Assembly (NCBI GenBank): GCA_965112735.1
Contig: OZ218963.1
Location: 3,162,001 to 3,226,000 of the forward strand
DNA from: Phaeosaccion multiseriatum
Lineage: Eukaryota; Protista; Ochrophyta, other classes
Reading direction: 5' to 3'
Length of the DNA stretch: 64,000 nucleotides
Made by a program: the position numbers and the translations under genes
Shown here: piece by piece, positions 24,416 through 34,653 of the stretch
Layout: every line of letters begins with the position of its first letter
Position numbering within the stretch: the first letter of the stretch is position 1
The notes under the pieces: generated by a model
What the model was told of the DNA's origin: nothing
Seen by the model: the letters and a program-made list of their open reading frames with translations, nothing else
The model's database searches: none

Positions 24416-25731
24416 TTAGCTGGCCTTCTCGCAGTGCTTCTCATACGCGGCCTCATCGAGCAGGTTGTCCCCAGACGACTTGGCCTCTACCTTGATGAAC
24501 CAGGCCTTGTTGTCATCCATCTCAGCGTGAATCACGGACGGGTCCTCTGTCAGGGCCTCGTTGATCTGTTCGGCGGGGGGGGGAGAACAACTCTGGCGGG
24601 TTGGCAAAGCCAGAAACTGCTTGTTGTCACTCACACAGCCAATTTCTCCATACAAAGAGGCACAGTGAAGGGGTGGGAGAGAGCCCAAAGAGAGAGAGTA
24701 ACTCCATGATCCATGGAAAGCCCGCAACCCCTACACACAGAACTGCCCGCTTGGAGTCCTTGGTGCTATTGTGACGTTTTGCGCATGCAAGGCTGTTGGG
24801 TGCATGGCCATCTACAGATGGTAAGAAGCGCGATTGCGAGGGAGGGAGAGGACAACACCAGAAGTAAAAACCTTTGCACCAATGACATATGCGTACACCA
24901 TTCTCACCTCTGTTACTGTACAGTCTACAGGCGCGTAAACGTCGGAGGCAGCCTTCACAGACTCCACAGAGCCGAAGCGCTCACTGCACAGATCAACGGC
25001 CGGGACGATACGTCAGACTCTAACTGCATCAGCACCGCTAGCAGCAGCGGCATCAGTATCAACCGCAGCAGAATGTCGTCGACGACACACATACACCACT
25101 CTGGGTAATGTAGCGCACGCACCACCACGATGGGTTGAGGGTTCGTGCCCGCCACATCCTCACTCACTCACCCGGCCTCGAAGTCCTCCCCCACCTCCGG
25201 CAGCTCCACGTACACGGCCTCTCCCAGCGCGTTGGCGGCGTAGCGGGTGATACCCACTCGGCCGTCGTCCTGGTCGGTCGGTCGATCCGAGAAGGCGGCG
25301 AGGGAAGAAGTCGGTAGGTTGGTCGATCAATGGAGAGCAACAACAAGACATCATGGCAGAGCGGGTGGCGTATGAGGGATGCAGCTGTTGCGAGCTGAAT
25401 GACGGAGAAGAGAGCCAAGCCAAGCCCGCCCTCATTTCACTTCATGCGAAATTTCGCTCCTATTCCCCTGCTGCTGCTTACTCCACCTCCTTATGCGTAA
25501 ACCATCCACCCACATCAGGTGGCCTGATTCTTTCCGCTGTACTGACTTCCACATGCGTGCGTATCTCTACAACCCACTCACCATGAGGTATTCGTGCGAC
25601 TCCGCGAACTTGGTCGCCATCCATCGCTGGTGGCCGGCAAACACAGGCTGAGTCCTCGTGCATGCAGCGAGTTGGGGGCGAAGCGCCGACGTCACCCGGC
25701 GCGAAGAAACTGCTACTGCTCTGGCAAGCAT
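24416..25731 (-). CDS. GCSH: Glycine cleavage system H protein, mitochondrial
   Basis: Four exons: presequence [18 protein letters not shown]...[10 protein letters not shown] / [27 protein letters not shown] / [19 protein letters not shown] (lipoyl-Lys motif) / [12 protein letters not shown]...AWFIKVE...[11 protein letters not shown]. Confidence 0.96.
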
Positions 25732-26017
25732 GGTGGCGCGTACAGCAAGAGGCGTAGAAGGACAGGAAAGGAGGGGCCTGAGGAGAGCTGTTGATAGGAA
25801 AAGGAAGAAGAGTGAGAAGGAGGGAAGAGGGACTTCCCTTACGTAAGGAGCGGCCAAAAGGACAATTGACTATTGCATGTGTAGTCCTCCTAAAAATTCT
25901 TGGTGTGCTTTGCTCCTCTGCCCTAGTCTCCTGCCTGCTGCTCTCGCGTCAAGTGCTCTCTTCGTCACGCGTAGTGTCTGAAAGAGGGCCCTGCAGGTCT
26001 CGAGTGTAGGAGCAATC
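25732..26017. promoter_or_regulatory. Putative bidirectional promoter between GCSH and GCST
   Basis: 286 bp between opposing ATGs; purine-rich left half and pyrimidine-rich right half; 12-bp palindrome CCTTACGTAAGG at 25837-25848. Confidence 0.6.
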
Positions 26018-28850
26018 ATGAATGCTCTCCGCCACGTTGCGACACGGCAGGGAAGACGCCTGGTACAGCAGCACCAATCCCTGGAGGCGGCTTCCGCATC
26101 AGCTGCCTCTCCGCACGCCGCCGCGCCATCGCTCTCTCGGTCCCAAGTCCGCCATATGGGCTCGGATGGGCCGCTGGAGAAGACGGCCTTCCATGCGATG
26201 CATCAGGAGCTCGGCGGCAAAATGGTGCCCTTCGCCGGCTACGAGCTGCCCGTGCTGTACGAAGGTCCGGAGGGAGGGGTAGCCAAGGAAACACTGCACA
26301 CCAGGGCCGACGGCTGTGCCGGGCTCTTTGATGTATCCCATATGGGCCAGATCAGGTACGTGGGAAACAGGGAAGGGAAGGGGGTCTGCATGCAGTTCAA
26401 TGGATGCTGCTCCTTTATGGAGTGATGAAACCAACCCCTGCTCCTTGGCTTCTCTCCTTAGGTGGACTGGGAAGGACGCAGTTGACTTCCTGGAGACTGT
26501 GGTGGTGGGAGACATAAAGGGCCTCAAGGAAGGCGAGGGCAGGCTCAGCCTCATCACCAACGACGAGGGGGGGATCAAAGACGACACAGTTATTACCAAT
26601 GCGGGTAAGTGAGAAGAGGCGTGCCTTTGACGCAGGCTGCTCGATGGGTGGCTTTCTGTGTGTCTTGACACAGCAAAACATGTCGTACGAGCCCCCCCGT
26701 AACTGTAGCGCTGCGCTGGATGTCAATCAAACACTCAAGGCGACTACATCTACATGGTGGTCAATGGTGCGTGCAAGCACTCCGATATGGAGTGGTTCAA
26801 GAAGAAGATGGGCGAGTTCAGCGGGGACGTGCACATGGAGTACCTTCCCCAGCAGCAGCTGCTTGCTCTGCAGGGCACAGGGGCAGCTGACATCGCCAAG
26901 CCCTTCTTGCCCTCCGACTTCAACCTCGAGAAGGTGAGGGAGATGATGTACTTGTATGTTTAGTTCATAGAGACGTTGCTATCATGGGCTAGAGCGTGGA
27001 GTGTCGTTCCATAAGGCGTCTCTCAACGCGTAGTCTCTGCACTTTCTCCTTGACTCCGTCGTGCCTGGCCTGGTTCCAATTCACAGATGGCATTCATGTC
27101 GGGGAAGGACATGCCGTTCATGGGGGTGGAGGGGTGCCGCCTCACACGCTGCGGGTACACCGGAGAGGACGGCTTCGAGATTTCCATGCCCTGGGACGCC
27201 TCCGTTGACATCGGTACGGGGGTCGGCCGAGGGATTGACTGCCTTGGGTCAGGTTGTTTACTGACCAAGGCAGGCACTGACCGTAGTGTGGGGAGTGTGC
27301 AGGCTGGGGGGTGGCATGGCAGGCAAACCTCATGCGCGAGCATCCCGCAGTATAACCAGGCTGCGTGTGCCACTCGTGTGGGAGCTTCTAGCCGTGCGGT
27401 TGTTACAGACAGTGTCTTGCCCAAAGGGTTCCACGTTGTCATCGAAACCCACCCATTGACGTCCCCCCCCCTCTTCGCTGCTGCCCCAACCCCTCCCCCC
27501 CGTCCTTTCTCCTCCAGCGAAACAGTTGTTAGAGAACAAGGCTGTCAAGTTCACGGGCCTCGGGGCTCGCGACGCGCTAAGGCTCGAAGCCGGACTCTGT
27601 CTGTACGGGAATGACTTGGACGAAACTACCACGCCCGTCGAGGGGGTGCTCACGTGGACCATCGGTAAGCCGAGAAGGAGAGGAAGGAGATAAGGAGAAA
27701 GAGGAGGAGGAGGGGGGTGCGAGAGGGAGAAAGTTGAGATGGAAGAAAGAAGGGAAGAGGGGGAAAGTTGAGATGGAAGAAAGAGGGGAAGAGGGGGAAA
27801 GTTGAGATTGAAGAAAGAGGGGAAGAGGGAGAAAGTTGAGATGGAAGAAAGAAAGGAAGAGGGAGAAAGTTGAGATGGAAGAAAGAAAGGAAGAGAGGGG
27901 GGCGGAGGTTGCTAAAGAAGATTATTCATTTTTCGTGCCTATGCGAATGGTGCGTAGGTGGGCCAAAGGCTCGCAGGCGCAAGGAGCAGGGCTTCAGTGG
28001 AGCGAGCAAGATTCTCGAGGCCGACGGAAAGCTCAAGAAGGTGGCGAGGAAGAGGGTGGGTATCAAGGGCATGAAGGTGCCGGCGCGCGATGGAACCGAG
28101 GTAAGTGGCGGCAATGGACACGTCGATGGGACAGAACGTTGACTCAAGCCAGTCCCATATTCCGGAAGGGGTACTGTTGTGTTGTGTTCTGTTCTCTTTC
28201 TTAGACCTTTTCCAAATATTGATCCCACGATCCAAAACGTCGGCACGCAATATCGAGCCCCCGTCTTTGAGGGGCTGTGCAATCTACACTGGGTACTCTT
28301 CTCTCTTCCCCATGAGCCTCTACTAACATGGGCTTTCCGTGGCGTGCATCTCCCCCAACCCCACCCAACTCACCTCCGTTCCTACTCCTCCCTCGCAGAT
28401 CTACGACGCCGAGGGCAAGAACAAGATCGGAATGATCACATCAGGCACCTTCAGCCCCTGCCTCAAGGCCCCCATCGCCATGGGCTACGTAGAGACTGCG
28501 CACGCGAAGGCCACCACCGACATCACCGTATCGGTGCGGGGCAAGATGCACAAGGCGGCGGTCACCAAGATGCCCTTCGTCGAGAGCAGGTTCGTGGCAG
28601 CAGCAGCAGCAGCAGCAGTCACAGGACACGTCTCTTACCCCCCCCCTTCCGTCTTGTTCATATACGAGCCTTGTGCTTTGTTCCATGCTTTCTGCTCTTT
28701 CGTCATGTCTTGCTTCGGCTGTCAACTTCTGCACGACGCTTTCTTCCCCCGCCTCTTCGCCCTTCTAACTGACTCTGATCCGCTTTGCTGCGCCCCAAAA
28801 CCTTTCGCTGCACGTCGCCCATCTCCAGGTATTACCGAGTGCCCGAGTGA
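26018..28850 (+). CDS. GCST: Glycine cleavage system T protein (aminomethyltransferase), mitochondrial
   Basis: Eight exons; motifs [105 protein letters not shown]. Confidence 0.97.
27728..27898. repeat. 34-bp purine-rich minisatellite, five units, in a GCST intron
   Basis: AAAGTTGAG recurs at 27730, 27764, 27798, 27832 and 27866. Confidence 0.9.
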
Positions 28851-30004
28851 ACGCACTCAATTCTCGGATGGATTTCATAGCGAGGGGGGGTAAGGGGCTG
28901 TTTTCTAAGGGAGGATACCCAGCACTACCGGCAGAGAGAGCTCAACAGGACCTCAGCACAGCAAGGTTGTAGCAACCTCTCAATCCAGGGCCACGCGCCC
29001 TTCACCCCTATCGGATGGCATCGGATGGCATAAATGGCATACCTCCTCGGAGACCCAAGCCACGAAACTACCCAGCAGTATTCACTATTCACGGTAGGTG
29101 GGAAGGATTGAGGACGACGAGTTTCAGTTTCAGTTTATAGAATTCAACACCGATTTTGACAGAAGGACACAGCCGCTGTCTAGAGTCGAAGGAGGAGATG
29201 ATAGAAGTCCACCGGTATCTTACTCATCTCTCTCGGTTGTTGTTCAAAAAATAGACCTCTTCCATTGTAGCAATGCTGACTCGAGGCCGCGTAGTGATCA
29301 CTGTTTCTGTTGATCCCCCATATCCCAATCTGTCAAGCAAAGAAGCAGACTTGGAGGGCGGCGATTGGGAGTGGTACGACTTCCCCAAGAGCATGGTGTT
29401 CAGCACTGTCGCTCGTCTAGCTTGATGCCTACTCTGTGGCAACGAATGACGACTCACAGAGGCCCTCCAGTGTAAAGGTGGTCTCCTCAATAAAGCTGAA
29501 ACTCAGCCGCGTGGAAGGCATTACCTCGCCCAACATGCTTACAACTGTGAGCTCCGTCTCGCTGCTGCTGCTCTTCTCAACCCTAGCTGTTCTGCACAGC
29601 TCATGATTAAGCAATGAACTCCTCTTCTCCCATCGCCACCCTCTCTCGGAGTAGAGCAAGCAAAGCGTGGGAAGAGGGAGGACGCCACCAGTGTTGGAGG
29701 GGGTGGCGTGGTCCACGGGTGGCTGGGCTCGTTGCAGGACACCAAACTGATGTGATCTTGGAAAGGAGGACACATAGAACTCCTCTCGCCTCTCCCAGGC
29801 AGCCAAGGCGTACGTAACACCAGACGAGGGGTCCCAGCTCGAGACTCCGTTAAGTGCCGTCCGAGCTACCCAGTCTCGTCCACGACACCCCTGCCCACAG
29901 TCGGGGTGGGGGATCCAGCGGGGGGCGCTGTTGGTCTTCCCGCGGTTGAGCCTGCCTGCTCAAGACGGAGAGGCAACTGATACATCGCCTGAGCTTCGCG
30001 TAGG

Positions 30005-31130
30005 CTACCTCGGATGACCATCGCACACAGTTTGGACAGTCTGCTGTAACTGCTTGAGGTGACCTCCAAAGAGCGCACTGTCCGCCTTGCGTGCTTCCTC
30101 CAACAATCTCTCTCGGATGTTTCCCTCGTGGGTCGTGCTGTGCTCCTGCGGATGCGAGGGGTTTGTGTAGTCGAGCACCTGCAGCTTATCCAATAGCGTG
30201 GTCATGAGGTGCGGCGGGAAGCTCCACAGCTCGAAGACTGCCGTCATGGAGCTTTTGAAGGTAGCAGTGTCTGTAATCTTGTGCAAGCAATAGCTGTACG
30301 TATGGGGGGCCTTGGGGCATATCTCGAGCGCAGATATCCACATGGAGCGATCGAAGGCCTCAAACCTAAGCATTTCCACCACCACCGCATCGTACGTACG
30401 GTTGGTGTTGAGCATTCTGGTGAGATACTTGGCGTATGACTCCCCGCCCTGTGCAGGCTCGACTGATGGGCACCACCTCGCAAAGTCCTCCTCGCTCGCG
30501 TCTGGGCAACCACCAACGTGATGTGGTCCGAACTGGTCGAGGCCATAGTGTGGCAGAGGAAGAATCGTGCATTTCGTCAGTGCATCGTCCTGAGGGCAAT
30601 TCCTGTGATAGTCATATCCTGACGGGAGCGCCAACTCCGTCCAGTACGACTCCTCTCCTGCAGCGTGATAAAGGATACCTGCGGGCGGCGAAGGGCAAAG
30701 ATACAAGGTTTAGTATAGGAGGAACATCGAGTTTGTACCAAGATGCCCAGCCGATGTGTGGGAAATGAGAGAAGGGCATGGAGATATAGTGGAGCACGGA
30801 TGCTGTGCACTCACCACTGACAATGGCCTCGAAGGGGTCCCGTATGAAGTGGCCGACAGCGAGTGAATCGAGAGCGGGAGGGAAGTTCTTCGCCCCACAT
30901 TGCCAGCTCCACCGCGGGCCCTGCCAGGCTTCAGCAACCAGGTTCGCTATGATGAGCGCCTCCTTCGCGAGAACGGAGCCCGTTTTGTGATGGACACAGA
31001 CCATGGGCTCCAAGCGGAATGAGGTGTGCACAGCGGTGGGCATGAACATGATCTTTAGCACGCTCAGTGCAAGCACCGCTGTGAGCATAAATGTCATCCA
31101 CAACACCCTCATCCCTTGAAGAAAGAACAT
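30005..31130 (-). CDS. Sulfotransferase-like protein with N-terminal membrane anchor
   Basis: Two exons (31130-30815, 30677-30005). N-terminal TM segment, HHKTGS (5'-PSB-like) and HFIRDPFEAIVSG/ILYH (3'-PB-like RDP-x5-S). Confidence 0.75.
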
Positions 31131-31331
31131 AATTCTGCGATGGTGGATGGTGTCAGGACTCAGATCCTAATTGACCCGTAATTGGCGAGTACGAAAGCGA
31201 ATGCGGTGGCATCATAGAAACAACACAATTGCAACAAAACGTGAGGATAGATAGAACGAATTGAAGCAGTACAGGCCCATTGCCTCTTGTCAGGCCTGTT
31301 TAGTGGAGCACAACTGGTGCACGAGCACAAA

Positions 31332-32198
31332 ATGGGGCGTGTATTGCTTACGTCGGTGATGATGATCGTCGCGTTGGTTGCGCCACTCATTTCGAGCGGG
31401 GGAGTTTTAGCTTATGATTGCAAAGGGCTTCAACCGGTAGACTTCACAGTGGTGAACAAGATCGTTCAGTACGGACCCCCACGGACAGCCACCACCTTTC
31501 AATACCGTGTTCTCTGCATTGTTGCGCTATTAAAATTTCCTGATCAGAGAGTGGGCTGCCCCGGCGTGATGTGGGTCTTCGACGAAAGTATTTACGATAA
31601 GTTCGACGTGCTTGTGCTGAAGACGCACCATCCGTCTGGGGAGAAGATGCCTGTCCATCCATCAGACACAGACTACGTGATGTTTAGTACTTCGGCTGCC
31701 GGGTCGGACGGGCGGGGCGCCCGGCCAGATCTATTGAGAGAGGCGGGCTTCTCGCCCGCTTACACGCAGGAGTACGACGAGTTTGTTCGTCTTGATCTGG
31801 CGGTTCTCGAGGACTACGGCTGTATATTCGACATGTCTCAGGAGGACATGGTGATTCTCCACGAGTACATGCGGTACTGGGAGATAATGCGTCGATGCTG
31901 CGGCTCCCAATCCTCCAAGGACTGGCGAAACTACCTGCACAACTCCACCACTCCCTTAAAGCACGGAGTTGGCTCGTATGATAAAATGGATTGCCTAATT
32001 TACGACTTGGACCAAGTGGAGAGCTACCTCATGGGGAGTACTTTCGTGAAGAGGTACCCGGAGTTCAATATCGTTGCAGACAGTGACGGGGTGGTGAAGG
32101 GCGGACACTTCTGCCGAGACACGAATGAGAAGATTAGACAGGGTTTCGACTTCAACGGCAAGAAGTGGGATCCGGCGATGGGAGAAGGAGGTTGGTGA
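31332..32198 (+). CDS. Intronless secreted/Golgi sulfotransferase-like P-loop protein
   Basis: Signal or anchor MGRVLLTSVMMIVALVAPLISSGGVLA; YGPPRTATTFQY (5'-PSB-like); VLKTH (catalytic-His-like). No clear 3'-PB motif. Confidence 0.7.
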   Translation: MGRVLLTSVMMIVALVAPLISSGGVLAYDCKGLQPVDFTVVNKIVQYGPPRTATTFQYRVLCIVALLKFPDQRVGCPGVMWVFDESIYDKFDVLVLKTHHPSGEKMPVHPSDTDYVMFSTSAAGSDGRGARPDLLREAGFSPAYTQEYDEFVRLDLAVLEDYGCIFDMSQEDMVILHEYMRYWEIMRRCCGSQSSKDWRNYLHNSTTPLKHGVGSYDKMDCLIYDLDQVESYLMGSTFVKRYPEFNIVADSDGVVKGGHFCRDTNEKIRQGFDFNGKKWDPAMGEGGW

Positions 32199-32377
32199 AG
32201 TGGTGAGGGTGATGAGAGAAGTGGGCATGCATTCGGCTCCAGACTGGCCTAGAAGCCTAGGCCTAGAGACGAAATTCGGCCGGCCTAGGTAGGGGGGCCG
32301 CAGGCCCCCGGCCTAGGCCTAGAGGGGGCCGCAGGTCCCCGGCCTAGGCCTATTTTGGGCGCAGCCCTCCCGGCCTA

Positions 32378-32968
32378 GGACCTGGACAAGATTACGGTAT
32401 AAGTGCGCCGGCCGTAACCGGTAATCAGCCCCCGGCCGGCGCAAAATCAGTAATCAGGCCGGCTGGTCACCGGCTGTAAGCAACCAGACCGGCTGGCGCC
32501 GGTCATAATCAGTAATCAGGCCGGCTGCTCCCTCCCTCCCTCCCTCCCTCCCTCCCTCTCTCCCTCCTTCCCTCCCTCCTTCCCTCTCTCCCTCCTTCCC
32601 TCCCTCCTTCCCTCCCTCCCTCCTTCCCTCCCTCCCTCCCTCCCTCCTTCCCTCCCTCCCTCCCTCCCTCGCTCCCTCTCTCCCTCCCTCCCTCCCTCCC
32701 TCTCTCCCTCCCTCCCTCCCTCCCTCTCTCCCTCCCTCCCTCCCTCCCTCCCTCCCTCCCTCCCTCCCTCCCTCCCTCCCTCCCTCCCTCCCTCCCTGCC
32801 TCCCTCCCTCCCTCCCTTCGACCCTGGACAAGATTACGGTGTGCGCCGGCCGTAATCAGTAATCAGCCCCCGGCTGGCGCATAATCAGTACTCAAGGCCG
32901 GCTGGCGCCGGTCATTATCAGTAATCAGGCCGGCTGCGCCGGCGGTAATTACTAATCAGATAGGTCGA
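32378..32968. mobile_element. MITE family B nested in family C: two left ends and one internally deleted right end
   Basis: GGACCTGGACAAGATTACGGT at 32378 and TCGACCCTGGACAAGATTACGGT at 32818 begin two similar blocks of about 150 bp of TAATCAG and CCGGCTGGCGCCGG repeats; ends AATCAGATAGGTCGA at 32968; GGCCTA on both sides. Confidence 0.82.
32529..32817. repeat. (CCCT)n microsatellite of about 290 bp inside the nested element
   Basis: Directly visible; explains the spurious REGG-repeat ORF 32454-32831. Confidence 0.95.
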
Positions 32969-34095
32969 GGCCTAGGCCTAGAACCGCCGGCCTAGGGAGA
33001 AAAAATGGCCGGCCTAGAGCGGCCAACGGCCGCCGGCCTAGGCCTAGAGCGGGCGTAGGCCGCTCGGCCTAGGGCCTAGAGCATAGGCTTCTAGGCCAGT
33101 CTGGAGCCGAATGCATAATCTCCGTTCGAGGTTCGAGCGATATCAACCAAACAACGGCACGTAGAGAGGAAGGAACAAACAGGAAGAAACTGTGAGAGAG
33201 GTGAGGAAGGAGACAAGGATGATGATCTTGCAGGAGGGAGGGAGGAAATCGCTTTGGTTGCAGTTAGGCGCGATCTGTAGGGGCAGAAAGGGCAGAAAAA
33301 CTGGGACAGAATAGTTGTCCGTAGGAAGGGCGTGTAGGGCAGACACAGGATGCGCGACATTATGCCTGCGCCTCGTAGGCACACAAACAATGAAAGCATA
33401 TTTGTATAATAGAGGTATTGTCTCGGCCTCTTCCCAATGCTGCAAGTCTCTTTTCTGCACTCTCGTCTTTTCCTCTCATTGGCACGCAACTCACGTGGTG
33501 GCGAGGTCCCTGCGTGCCTCTGTGCCTGCGTCTTGTTCTACTCTGCTCCTTCACTGCACACGAGATGCCCCTTCTCGACCTTCATGTTGACCAAGAAGAC
33601 GTCCAGTGCAGCACGAACGTGGCGGCACAGATGGGAGCCAAACTCAAAAGATGGCAGGGGGTGGGGGGGTACCCGCCCCTGCTGGGCTCGGCTCGACGGC
33701 CAGGAAGGCCATTCGGGGTCAGAAGCAGCAGTCACTACCCATAGACCGGCTCCAACCGTAGAACCGAGAGGTACAGGGTACTGGTATCTACTTGCTGGTG
33801 TCAAGCTGAGCTGTGCTCTCTCTCTTTCCGTCTCACAGTGCCATGGAAGTCTCCAATACTCTGAGGTGTTTGTTTCCCAAGGCCGGACCATTACTCTTTC
33901 GTTCCACTGCAGCCAAGACCTCTCCCCTTGCACACTGCCTGCACAGCTTCGAGGCGTATGGACGCTGCCTCCGTCTCAGCTGGCAGTACCCCGTGTTGAG
34001 CCTTGTAGTAGAGATGGCCCCTCTCGCTCCGGCTTCCATCTCTCTCTCCCTCTCTGTCGGCTCTTGTTATCTCACACTCTGCTGTTTGGCTCTGC

Positions 34096-34618
34096 TCACG
34101 GTTCTCCTCCCAAGCCTTGCCAAAGGGGGTCTCCCTCTTCGCGTTGCCCCAAAAGCTCCACGAATTGGATGGCCTGGAGACGAAGCTGCTTGCCGCCCGC
34201 GTCCGAGTGGAGAAAATTGTTGGCGGGGGGCGTTTCCTCCAGTATGCGAGCAGCCGCCATCATTACCTACCATACAGGTTAGGCGGGCACGGGGATTGGA
34301 AGGGACATCGAGGAATGGGGTATAGCATGGCAGAGAGGCAGGAGGAGGAAGTGTTTTGCCCGCGTAGATTGGGGAGAATATAGGTACATACGGAAGTAAG
34401 CGGGGCAGAAAGGATTGATACATGGAACTCACATCCTCTCCTGCACGCACAGCTGCATGCAGCATTGGAAACCCTTCTTCCAATGCGGGGGAGTGGAGTC
34501 CGTGGTGGCATATACCACAGCAAGCGGGGCGGCCCGTGGCGTAGGGGTGGACAACAACAACAACAATAACAAAAACAACAACAACAACAACAACAGGAGC
34601 AGCAACAACAGCAGCAGC

Positions 34619-34653
<35 letters not shown>

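Larger units (their letters stand above)
32233..33110. mobile_element. MITE family C (27-bp TIR TCGGCTCCAGACTGGCCTAGAAGCCTA, flanked by ATGCAT) containing nested family B
   Basis: Perfect inverted repeats 32233-32259 and 33084-33110; ATGCAT at 32227-32232 and 33111-33116; both arms are built of GGCCTAG(G) repeats. Confidence 0.92.

Noticed and set aside
29098-29560. Short protein-like plus-strand fragments after GCST
   Set aside because: Interrupted by stops, no start or recognisable family; too weak to call.
32454-32831. REGG-repeat protein ORF
   Set aside because: Translation of the (CCCT)n microsatellite inside a MITE.
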